Positions 31,061 to 43,750 of a stretch of 64,000 bases of DNA are shown here, piece after piece. Both the position numbers and the translations under genes were made by a program. Position 1 is the stretch's first letter. Each line of letters begins with the position of its first letter. Source of the DNA: the human T2T-CHM13v2.0 reference genome, Homo sapiens; the NCBI RefSeq assembly GCF_009914755.1, contig NC_060929.1, one strand, 5' to 3'. Under the pieces are notes generated by a model that saw only the letters and a program-made list of their open reading frames with translations, did no database searches and was not told where the DNA came from.

Positions 31061-31866
31061 AAATAGCTCTTTATGGGGAAAAGGCTCGGTGATCCTTGAC
31101 TCCTAACTAATAAGAATTTTGCTTTAGGAAAACTAGGGGTTGGAGCCAGAATGCAAACAGACAGATGTGGCTGGTACCCTAACAGCCCTCCTGAGCTATG
31201 ATTATCCTGACTGGTAGGAAACACGGTGGGAGAAACATATGTACTGTGGTGTCCCATCCATCTCTTCTCAGACTCAAGTTAGTTCTGACCTCCTTAGACA
31301 ATGACCTGTGCGCAAGGAACTTGAGCCATTATCTTAGAAACATTCAGGCAAAGAGGCCCTCACCTGAGGACTTGTGGAAAGAGGTAGAAAGGAACACTGT
31401 CTCTTGTATTTTGCAACTAATAGGCCACTTGATGGGGAAGGTGGGCTTGTTTTCTATTTTCTTAAGATGATACTTTAAAATCAAGAACACGATGCGGAAA
31501 ATAAAGGGGTTTTGACATCAGAAAATGGATGGGTTTTACATTGGCCATGTGTAGTTCTACCCACTCAGTCTTGTCTAATGAAGGCCTCTACTGTGGGTTT
31601 ATGTGTGGTTTAAGTCAGGAGCTTCCAAGGAACTGAATGAGCAGAGAGTCATGGGGAGAGAAGCAAGAAAAGGGGATACAAAGCAGACATCAAGACACAG
31701 AAATGCTAGTATCCCCAACAACAACAACTTAGCCAGAACCACAGCTTCTAAGAGCATGGGAGGAACTTTAGCAAATGCTGAAAATGTTAGCTAACTTTTC
31801 CCACAACAAGACACCTGTTTTGCTTTCATAAAAATGAGTGCCTACATTTTATAAAAGACTTTCTCA

Positions 31867-32173
<307 letters not shown>

Positions 32174-33909
32174 TCAAAGAGAATAAAAACCCAGCAATTT
32201 ACATTCCTTTGGGCATTTTAATAGACATGGGGCATCCAAGTTATCCACAAACAACCTCTCTAAATTTTAAGAAAGCAAGAAAAATTATTAAATATATGCT
32301 TAAAATGTTTATTAAACTTAGCACATTCACTTAACCAGGCCCAATGCCCATATAGATCAAGTACCATTTTTGAGAGCTATATTGTTGATAAGACTTGAAG
32401 GCTTATGAAGTTCTACCAACACTGAGTGCCTCCCATTTACCAGGCATAGTTTCCGTCTAACACATAGAAGCTGATTTATGCTTTAGCAAGTCTATTTTAA
32501 GGAGAAAGATCAGCCCCCACACAGAGGCTAAATAAAGTCACACAGCAGTAAAGAGTAGATTCAGGATACAAATTCATTTATCTGACCCTGGAACGCATGC
32601 TCCTTGTTATCGGACTTTCCTATCTTCAGTAGTTCTCAGTCTTTGTTCAGCCAAGACACACATAGCAGATACAGCACTGTCTATATTTTTGACAGACTCC
32701 CAGGGCAGAGCCAGGGGTGCTTTGATTTCCTATGGCCTGGCTGCTATACCATCATGTTCTTTCCCTTTCAACCATGCACATGAGCAAATAAATGGGCAGA
32801 GTGCTGTTATTTGGGTGGGAGTGGTGGGCGGGGGGGGAATCCTGAATCAAATCTAATTTATTTCTAAAAAGTAAATATTTTACAAACAAGTTATCCAACC
32901 ATTAACAAGCTTTACATAAAATTCCATACAACTGAGTGTTATGAACTACACATGGCCAATGTAAAACCAATCCCTTTTCTGATGTCAAAACCCCTTTATT
33001 TTCCATATCATGTTCTTGATTTTAAAGTATCATCTTAGGAAAATAGAAAACATCTCTGGAGAATCCCTGGCTTAGCAGCTAAAAGTATAAAAGTATGGGG
33101 AAAAGATCTGGGTATGATTCTTATTCTTCCACTGTTAGCTGGGTGACCTTGGGCAAGTTATGTAACCACCCTGCGCTTCATTCTTCTCCTGTGCACACTT
33201 TATGGTGCTGGTGGAGAATTAATTGCCAAGGCATTTAAAAGCACTTAGTATACTGCATGGCACATAGTGGGCAAGGAATACATGGTGGCTATTGGGCCCT
33301 TGTATGACCAGTTGAAAGGATTTTAATAAGGAAGTAAGGTGTGAAGTGAAAGTAGAAGGGAACTTAAAGAGGAGAGGACAATTAGGTTCTTCTTCTGTCT
33401 CTAGCATTAATCTGCAGAATTCTAGATTCTTCTCAATGACCCTAGGCCTATATGCTTTTTGAGTGTTTGTATCTGCTTTTTATAACTCTGTTAAATGACT
33501 GGATGTTACATCTTATAGCACTCTCCCCTCTTTAAATTTGCTGTTTATAATCCGTTCTAAGCCAAGAAAATCAGATTCAATTAAATACAATTCATAAGAC
33601 TTTTTTGGGCATTGTGTTAGTTACCTAGAAGCAGAAAAACTTGTTGGAATTGTGACAAAACAAATGTCCAAAGTAAAATAGCTGTGGCTGAGGATATTCT
33701 GCGAGTAAGGTAAATGGGCACTGGCACATATGTAAGCAGTTTGCAAACACCTATTCCCTGAACTGGCTGTACCAAGAATTACAGATATTATTATAATAAA
33801 ATACAGATTCCTGGGCCCCTCTCCGGACCACTAAATCAGAATCTATAGGAGTAGTGTCTGGAAATCTGTTTGTTTGCTTGTTTGTTGCAATTCAATACAT
33901 CTTTCATGG

Positions 33910-34316
33910 TGCTATGGACTGAATGTTTGTGTCCTCCCATAATGCATCTGTTGAAGCCCTAATCCTCAATGTCACGGTATTTAGAGATGGTACTCTAAAT
34001 ACTTTGGGAAGTACTTAGGGTTAAATGAGGTCATGAGGGTGGGGCCCTCATGATAGGGTTAGTGTCCTTCTATGAGGAGACACCAGAGAGCTTGCTTTCT
34101 CTCCACACACACCCACCCACCAAGGAAAAGCCACATGAGCACACAGCCAGAAGGTGGCCATCTGCAACCCAGGAAGAGAGCCCTCACCAGAACTCTGCCA
34201 TGACGGCTCTGTGATCTCAGACCTCCAGCCTCCAGAACTGTGAGAAAGTAAATTTCTGTTGTTTAAATCACCTAGTCTATGGTACTTTATTATGGCAGCC
34301 CAAGCAGACTAAGCCA
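33910..34316 (+). mobile_element. MLT1A-type solo MaLR LTR
   Basis: TGCTATGGACTGAATGTTTGTGTCC...GCAGACTAAGCCA with perfect 5-bp TSD CATGG (33905-33909, 34317-34321). Confidence 0.85.
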
Positions 34317-35288
34317 CATGGGTTCTAGTGACAAATAATAGGAATTTCACAGATGAGAGGTATAGGAGATAAAAAATGTGCATGTGACTAACCACATGGT
34401 CAAGACTCTGCTTTTTAACGTGCTCCTCAGATGATTCTGCTCCTCACCCAGGTATGGGAACCACTGGCCTCCAGAGCCATGGAATGAGTGCACTGATATA
34501 AGCCAGGAGGGGCAGCTAATGGGGGTATTCCATTATATTACATAAGAAATATCTTAGAAACCTCAACTTTAGGTAACGGGAAGGCTTTTTTGGTTTAGAC
34601 CAAACCTGTCAAAGACAGGGAGGCACTTTGCCCACCCCCACTCCCACCTGTTGTCTTCTCCACCCACCTCCCAGTATCTATGACCTGAGAAAATTAGCCA
34701 GAGCAATCAGGGGAGGAGTCTGACATCAGTCACATGCAAACAGATGTGATTTCTAGGTTATAAGTAACTTGTTCTAGAGGAAGCAACTTCCTACTTTCTT
34801 TAGCAATTAGTTAATAGGTGTTCCACATGAGATCAGTGACTCTATCTGCTCAGAACATGCCTTACAGTCAATGATCCTCAATTTCTATTATTTAATACTA
34901 AAATTCAATTGGAATATCAAAGAGAATAAAATACTTAGGAATAAATTTAACAAAAGACGTGCAAAACTTTTACTCTGAAAACTACAAATCATTGTTCAAA
35001 GACATTTTAAAAGACCTAAGTAAATGGAAAGACATTTCATGTTCATGGATCAGAATACTTAATATTGTTCAGATGTCAATACTCCCCAAAATGATCTACA
35101 GATTCAATGCAATCTCTATCAAAATCTCAGCTGGCTTCTTTGCATAAATTGACAAACTAGTCCTAAAATTTATGGGACTTCCAGCCAAAACAATTTTGAA
35201 AAAGAACAAAGTTGGAGGATTCATACTTCCTGATTTCAGAAATTACTACAAAGCTAGTAACTTCTAGTAACAGTAATTAAGAGAGTGT

Positions 35289-35585
35289 CAGCTGGGTGTG
35301 GTGGCTGATACCTGAAATCCCAGCACTTTGGGGGGTCGAGGTGGGTGGATCACTTGAGGTCAGGAGTTTGAGACCAGCCTGGCCAAAATGGGAAAACCCC
35401 ATCTCTACTAAAAATACAAAAATTATCCAGGTATGGTGGAGCGTGCTTGTAATCCCAGCTATTTGGGAGGCTGAAGCAAGAGAATTGCTTGAACCCGGGA
35501 GGTGGAGGTTGCAGTCAGACAAGATCGTGCCATTCCCTGGGCAGCAGAGTAAGACTCTGTCTCAAAAATAAATAAATAAATAAAA
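35289..35585 (+). mobile_element. Alu (AluS-type) inside L1M
   Basis: Alu dimer with (TAAA)n tail. Confidence 0.9.
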
Positions 35586-35690
35586 GACAGTATAGTAGTC
35601 GCATAAGAATAGACACAGATGAAGGAACAGAATTGAGAGTCTAGAAATCAACCCATACATCTATGGTCAATTTATTTTTTATAAAGATGC

Positions 35691-37423
35691 TGTGGTATAA
35701 TAAAAATTAAATATTTGGTCTTTATTCCCAGTTCCTGACACAGAATTCATAAAACATTTGAGATTTACTATTTTTTGAATGTTAATGAGATGACTCTTGT
35801 GGAGAGGAGAGCAGTCCTAGGTAGCTTCAGGATGGGGGCTGGTAGCCAGAAAAACCAACCATGTGATTAGAGAGTTAGAACTTTCAGTCTACTCATCTGA
35901 CAAAGGGCTAATATCCAGAATCTACAAAGAACTCAAACAAATTTGCAAGAAAAAAACAAACAACCCCATCAAAAAGTGGGCGAAGGATGTGAACAGACAC
36001 TTCTCAAAAGAAGACATTTATGCAGCAAAAAGACACATGAAAAAATGCTCATCATCACTGGCCATCAGAGAAATGCAAATCAAAACCACAATGAGATACC
36101 ATCTCGCACCAGTTAGAATGGCAATCATTAAAAAGTCAGGAAACAACAGGTGCTGGAGAGGATGTGGAGAAATAGGAACACTTTTACACTGTTGGTGGGA
36201 CTATAAACTAGTTCAACCATTGTGGAAGTCAGTGTGGTGATTCCTCAGGGATCTAGAACTAGAAATACCATTTGACCCAGCCATCCCATTACTGGGTATA
36301 TACCCAAAGGACTATAAATCATGCTGCTATAAAGATACATGCACACGTATGTTTATTGTGGCACTATTCACAATAGCAAAGACTTGGAACCAACCCAAAT
36401 GTGCAACAATGATAGACTGGATTAAGAAAATGTGGCACATATACACCATGGAATACTATGCAGCCATAAAAATGATGAGTTCATGTCCTTTGTAGGGACA
36501 TGGATGAAATTGGAAATCATCATTCTCAGTAAACTATCGCAACGACAAAAAACCAAACACCACATATTCTCACTCGTAGGTCGGAATTGAACAATGAGAA
36601 CACATGGACACAGGAAGGGGAACATCACACTCTGGGGACTGTTGTGGGGTCAGGGGAGTGGGGAGGGAAAACATTAGGAGATACACCTAATGCTAAATGA
36701 CGAGTTAATGGGTGCAGCACACCAGCAAGGCACATGTATACATATGTAACTAACCTGCACATTGTGCACATGTACCCTAAAACTTAAAGTATAATAATAA
36801 TAATAAATAATAATAATAATAAAGAACTTTCAGTCTCACTCCCTACTCCAACCTCCAGGGAGTGGAGAAGAGATATTGAGTGCAGTCACCAATAATGTAA
36901 TCAATCATGCCTATGCAATGAAACCTCCATAAAGACCTAGGCATGGGGTTCAGAGAGCTTCTGGGTTGGTGAACACAGTGATGGGCTAGGAAGGCACCTG
37001 GAAAGGGCCTGGTGGTGCTGCCCCACCCACCCCTAACCCCTCACATTTTGTCCTATGTATCTCTTCCATTTGGCTACTCCTGAGCTGAATCCTTTATAAT
37101 AAAAGAGTAAACATAAGTATTTTCCTGAGTTTTGTGATTGGTTCTAGCAAATTATCAAATCTGAGGAGAGGGTTGTGGGAACACCCAGTTGGTCAGAAGT
37201 ATGGGTGTCTCCCGAGACTTGAGACTGTTGTCCGAAGTGAGAGCAGTCTTGTGGAACGGATCCCTTAACCTGTGGGGTCTATGTTAATTCCAGGAGTTGG
37301 TGTCAGAATTGAATGGAATTGTTGGACACCCAGTTAGTACTAGAGAATTGGAGAATTGGTTGTTGGTGCTGGAAAATACCACACATTTGGTGTAAGAAAA
37401 GGAATCAGAAAAAAGACATTACA
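35691..37423. mobile_element. MER21-type solo LTR split by L1PA
   Basis: TGT...ACA termini with perfect 5-bp TSD GATGC (35686-35690, 37424-37428); family name from recalled consensus. Confidence 0.75.
35891..36822 (+). mobile_element. 5'-truncated young L1PA (L1PA2/3-like), ~0.93 kb
   Basis: ORF2 C-terminus ([17 protein letters not shown]...[17 protein letters not shown]), 3' UTR with CTAAATGACGAG, (TAA)n tail; 14-bp TSD AGAACTTTCAGTCT (35877-35890, 36823-36836). Confidence 0.93.
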
Positions 37424-38479
37424 GATGCCAGCATAATTCAATGAGGACAGAATAGTCTTTTCAATGAATAGTTCTGGGACAACTGGCTATACATATGAAA
37501 AGACTAAAGTTGGACACCTACCTCACGTCATATGCAAGAATTAACTCATGACTGATTACAGAACTAAATGCAAAAGCTAAAACTATAAAACTCTTAGAAG
37601 AAAACATAGGTTTAAATCTTCACGAACTTGGATTAGACAATGGTTACTTGTATATGACACCAAAAGTACATGTGAACCAAGGAAAAATACATATTCTGGA
37701 CTTCATCAAAATTAAAAAGTTTTGTATTTCAATGGACACCATCAAGAAAGTAAAAAAACAACCCACAGAATGGGAGAAAAGTTCTGCAAATCATGTACCT
37801 GATAAGGTTCTTATATCTAGAATATATAAAGAACTTCCATAGCTAAACAATAAAAAGACAAATTACCCAATTATGAAAATGGCAAAGGATATGAATAGAC
37901 ATTTCTCCAAAGAAGATACATGAGTGATGTGCAGGAGAAGCACTCCTACTTCCACATGCCTGCATATGGACTCTATAGGTGACTATAAAACCCTCAATTA
38001 CATTATAACTTCCCATCCCAAATCTCCATCTGACTTTCTCCCTCTGGATGTCCCACATACCTAAACTTAACACTTCAAGCCCAACCCATCAAAAATGGAA
38101 CTCATTATTTTCTTGTCTCTCTCTCCATGTCTCCAACATATAGACGGTGGTCAAGTTAGAAAGGTTGCCATCATTTGCCATTTTTCTCTTTCCCTTCAAT
38201 ATCTTATGAAATTGATCACCAAATCTAGATGATTTTATCTCCCATCTCTCAGTCTTCACTGCTGCTACCTTGGTAGAGACCCCAGCTTCTCTATTGGATC
38301 AGCAGAGCTGTGCCTCAGGCAGCCCTCCAGCTCCAATCAGACCTCACTGCTTTGTTGTCAGCTGTATTCCAATGCCTAGCCCTAGGCCTGGCACAGAGCT
38401 AGCAGTTATTATACATTAGTTGAATAAATGGCCAAATAAAATGGGGAAGAAAAATAGAATATTAGAAGATGTGATATGA

Positions 38480-38750
38480 TAGTTGAGTGGGCTTGACATC
38501 AATATTCACCAAATTAATGGAACAAACATCAGAAATGAAACATCAAAGAGGCAATGGAGTCATAAATAGAAAGCAACCTGAGGACTTATAAAGAAACAAA
38601 TCATGTTGGACAAACATGAATTATGGTGAAAAATGCAGCAGACATGTTATACATTTGATATTTTGAATTATCTTTGTCACATCGTGTTATGAAAACATCC
38701 TTGTAAAACTGGGGCAAATTGACTATCTGAAGATACACAGCATAAAACCA
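38480..38750 (+). mobile_element. L3/CR1 reverse-transcriptase relic
   Basis: Degenerate match to CR1 RT (AAACAAATCATGTTGGACAAAC ~ NKSCQTN; AATGCAGCAGACATG ~ NAVDM; ATCCTTGTAAAACTG ~ ILVKL). Confidence 0.55.
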
Positions 38751-38800
38751 GAAACAGTTAATAGAAATGGCAGGAAATATGCAAAGAGAAAGCTCCAGGA

Positions 38801-39098
38801 GGCCGGGTGCGGTGGTTCACACCTGTAATCCCAGCACTTTGGGAGGCTGAGGTGGGCAGATTGCCTGAGGTCAGGAGTTTGAGACCAGCCTGGGCAACAT
38901 GGTAAAACCCTGTCTCTACTAAAAAAAAATTACAAAAAATTAGCCGGCGTGATGCCGGGTGCCTATAATCCCAGCTACTGAGGAGGCTGAGGCAGGAGAA
39001 TCGCTTGAACCCAGGAGGCAGAAGTCGCAGTGAGTCAAGATCACGCCACTGTACTCTAGCCTGGGCAACGAGAGCAAAACTCCATCTGAAAAAATAAA
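38801..39098 (+). mobile_element. Alu (AluS-type)
   Basis: Alu dimer; TSD AAAGAGAAAGCTCCAGGA / AGAGAAAGCTCCAGGA. Confidence 0.92.
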
Positions 39099-39369
39099 AG
39101 AGAGAAAGCTCCAGGAAATCATTGCCCTTCTGTGTTCCAGGAAATAGTTGCCCTTCTTTAAAACATATACAAGTGATTGAACCAGTATTTTTTATTCATT
39201 GTATGAATCCTTGGTCATGAAAGGGAGAAAACTCTCTGGGTCTCTCTCTGTTTCTCTTTCTCTCTCTCTCAGCCTCCCACATTTCCCTTTTGCATCCTGA
39301 GAATATGGAACTAGATTTAGCTAAAATAAGTGATTCTACAATAAATGTTGAATTACATGAAGATACTTA

Positions 39370-39591
<222 letters not shown>

Positions 39592-41377
39592 TCAGGATGC
39601 CGTAGCTGAGCTGACAAGTCCTGTAAAGTGATTTAAGCCTCTGACATGGCCTACATTTAAAGATGGCCTGTTAGGAAAGTACTGCCATTTTTTGTTAAAG
39701 TCTAAATTTCATATTCCCTATCAACAGATGAGTATCCATTTATATTACTGAAAACAATGGTATTGTTCTTGAAACAAAATCATAAAAGTTAACCTTTAAT
39801 TAATATAAAATTTAAATGTATGAATAATATAGTTTCTGATATTTAATCCAATCAGTTTTTTTTAAAAAAAAACTATAATTTGGTTTGTCAAGAAGATCGT
39901 TATGCTTCAATTAACCATAAGAACCTGTTTCATCCCCTGAGATGAGGGCAAATGGGAGTTTACAAAGTCATGGCAGAATACTGGAAAAAGTGGAACACTC
40001 CTCCAAGATCTAAGATGATGGATTTTAGACCCCTTTTAACTCTCCTTTCAGCAAGAAAGGAATGGTGTGGAGGCCTCCTTCCTCCAGCCTGCCCCCATAC
40101 ACATCCAAGGGCTAGAGTTCTGAAAACAGGCAGGGTCTTGAAGTGCAATCCTCCTCTTGTCCTAAAAGTCATTGTGATGAGCTTCTAAAAGAATGTCTCT
40201 ACCAACACTAGTGATTTTTCCACACAGCAGCCAGCCAGCTTCTTGCCCTTCCTGGGGACTACAGGTAGGGTCAGTCTCATGGAGGCCTGCAGACCATCAG
40301 GGTGGACTAGCACACACGGGTACCCATGCTCACAGACAGCTAACAATCCAGCTCTCCCTCCAAATGGCATTATTTAAATATTTGTTCAAGATTTATTTGA
40401 AGGAGAAGCTGCCAGCATGGGGGAACAGCAGAGAGGGAGGCTCTCAGTGGCATTTCAACCCTCCCTGTGGGATCAGGAGCAATTCTGCTCAGGCCCAAAT
40501 GTGCAGAGCCCACTCAGCACAACCAAAGCCCTGAAACCAGCTGGCCTAACTTCTGTAGAAGGCAATTTAGTGATCATTTGCTATTATTTGGGCCTACTCT
40601 TTGAGGAGTAGAGTGGAGGGATTCATTTCCTATCTCAAGAAGCTTATCAAAGTATAATTTTAGGAAGTACCATTTCCTACATTTCTTTGTATTCCCTGTA
40701 ATATTTCAATGCCCCAGTGATTTTTTAGCTCTTTTTATAGATTAAAAGCTGAGGTACCTCCTTAGATGACCCAATCTTCAATCTGGCTCTGTGGAAGTAT
40801 TTCATGAAAAGCAAAAACAGAACCATCTCCCTTAAAGAACTTGAAAGAGAAACTATAGTATCCCCTGCTTTGGCATAGAGGCACAAGCCTTTTCCATATC
40901 CACTTATGTAGCATGGGAAGTACTCCATTTACAGTACCAAAAACCCTGCTCTGTTATAGACTCTTGGGTTTTCCTTCTTATTAGGATGGATATCTGGCCT
41001 CTGATATCAGTTGTGTTTCCAGCTGTAAAAGCACAATAGCATCTATATTCAAATCTTGAAAGCAGACCAAGCTGGCAGTGGATTGAGGAAAAAACGGGGA
41101 GGCAGGAGGTTGTGTGGGCAGGTAAAAATGTATCTGGAACCTTTCAAAGCAGCTGGAAATGTTACTTCAGCTTCTCTACCATCAACTACATCTTTCTTTT
41201 CCCCTACTCCCTGCTGTGATTGTTCAAAGGGATACGAGAACAGAGCTCACCTCAAACCTGTCACCTCCAATGTCCCAGGTATCTGAAAGTCTAGTATTAT
41301 GTTGTTGTCTTATTCTACAGCCATCCTCCAGCCATGGAGAGGATGAACCATTCATGTCTGACTAGCACACACTTTCA

Positions 41378-41641
<264 letters not shown>

Positions 41642-43005
41642 TTAAACAAAAAAATCATTTAAAAGTGTCAGCCCATATATAAACACATAACTGACACTCA
41701 TATAGCAATTTATATTAGAATAAAATGTTTAGAAGGCTTAAGTACTCATGGCAAAGTCTAATAAATGTCATAACAATCTAAACTTTTGTCATTGCAAAAC
41801 TGAATGGGGGAAGAGAAGACAATATTTTGCATTACCCAGAGATTTGAAGATATCTGTGATCTAGGGGAACTCCATTCCTGAAAATGTTATTGCCCATAAG
41901 CAAAGGTAGGCAGGAAAAAAACAAAAAAATTTATTTGAAAGAAAAAACGAACAACCCAAATATACAAAAGGCACAAATGTTAGTAAGAAGTACCGTAACA
42001 AGACTGCCCATATTTGTGGACAGGGACAGTCAGGCAAAGGAAGAGGCCCCTGTGTTGCTGTGACCAACATAATACATAATGATATACCTAAGAAAGCCCT
42101 ACAAGCCAACTCCTCTATCCTCTAAGCCCTATTCTCCCCAAATTGTTGATGCCTAAAATTCCAAAAGTACAAGATTGTTCTGTTAAGCTAAAATTGAAAA
42201 TGGTGCATACTTCGGGAGAGAAAGCACATTAAGTTTTATCTGTTGTTTTAAAAGTTTAGTTTGAATAAGTTTGTAAGATCCTTTATTGTAAAGGCACAAA
42301 AGCACCAGAAGTCAAAACCAGGGAGAAAGAGAAGCCACAGGAAAGGGGAGATTGGTCTCATAAGTAGGCAGGGAGTTCCCCAGACGAATGTTTCCCACTT
42401 CACCGTTAGCACAGAGATTGTTTTATTTGCGGAGGTGAATGTTATTTTTTTCATTTGCAAAAGATAGAACTGGATAATTTGTGGCTGAAAGGACCCTTGA
42501 TTCTTTCCCAGGCTGACCCTTCAGTACATAGATGTGGGAGCTAAAGGCTAGTAGGGTAAGACATGCCCCAGGCCACACTGGACATCCTGTAATCATCACA
42601 TCTTATTGGTTTTTCTTGCTGCAGACTTTATTTTAAAAATCCAAGGCACCTTCACTGTATAAAGGGATTTTAGAATCTAAAATAATAAAAATGCTTATTA
42701 TTTGGCAAGGACATGGTGTTGACTGACCACCATTAGATGATTTGGGGGCAGGGAGTTCTATTTGCTTGTTTGTTTCATAATAATTTTGAGTGATCATTGA
42801 AATGATTACATGATCCTATTTATTTCTTTAGGGGTTACACAATAAGTTTTTAACCAGTACTGTCTCTGCTGTTTTTCTGAATCTAATAAGGAGTTCTGAA
42901 GTCTCTATCATTATGAGGTTCCAAGCTAGACAGAGAATCATCAATTATGAGTCAGTCTGGGAACCTAGATTATGTACTTGTGTGTGTAAGTTTATTTCCA
43001 TGTAA

Positions 43006-43750
<745 letters not shown>

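Larger units (their letters stand above)
34915..37925 (+). mobile_element. Old L1M ORF2 fragment hosting nested Alu, MER21-type LTR and L1PA
   Basis: L1 ORF2 remnant (ORF 34959 ...[31 protein letters not shown]; ORF 37648 ...DFIKIKKFC...) resumes collinearly after the inserts. Confidence 0.85.

Noticed and set aside
32813-32838. G-rich run able to form a G-quadruplex (also ~15607-15645, and a GA tract at 17827-17898)
   Set aside because: Common low-complexity sequence, G-rich on the template strand, with no specific functional cue.
35863-36240. 125-aa ORF resembling LINE-1 ORF2 C-terminus
   Set aside because: Part of a 5'-truncated L1PA with no promoter, endonuclease or RT domain; its first residues come from the flanking LTR.
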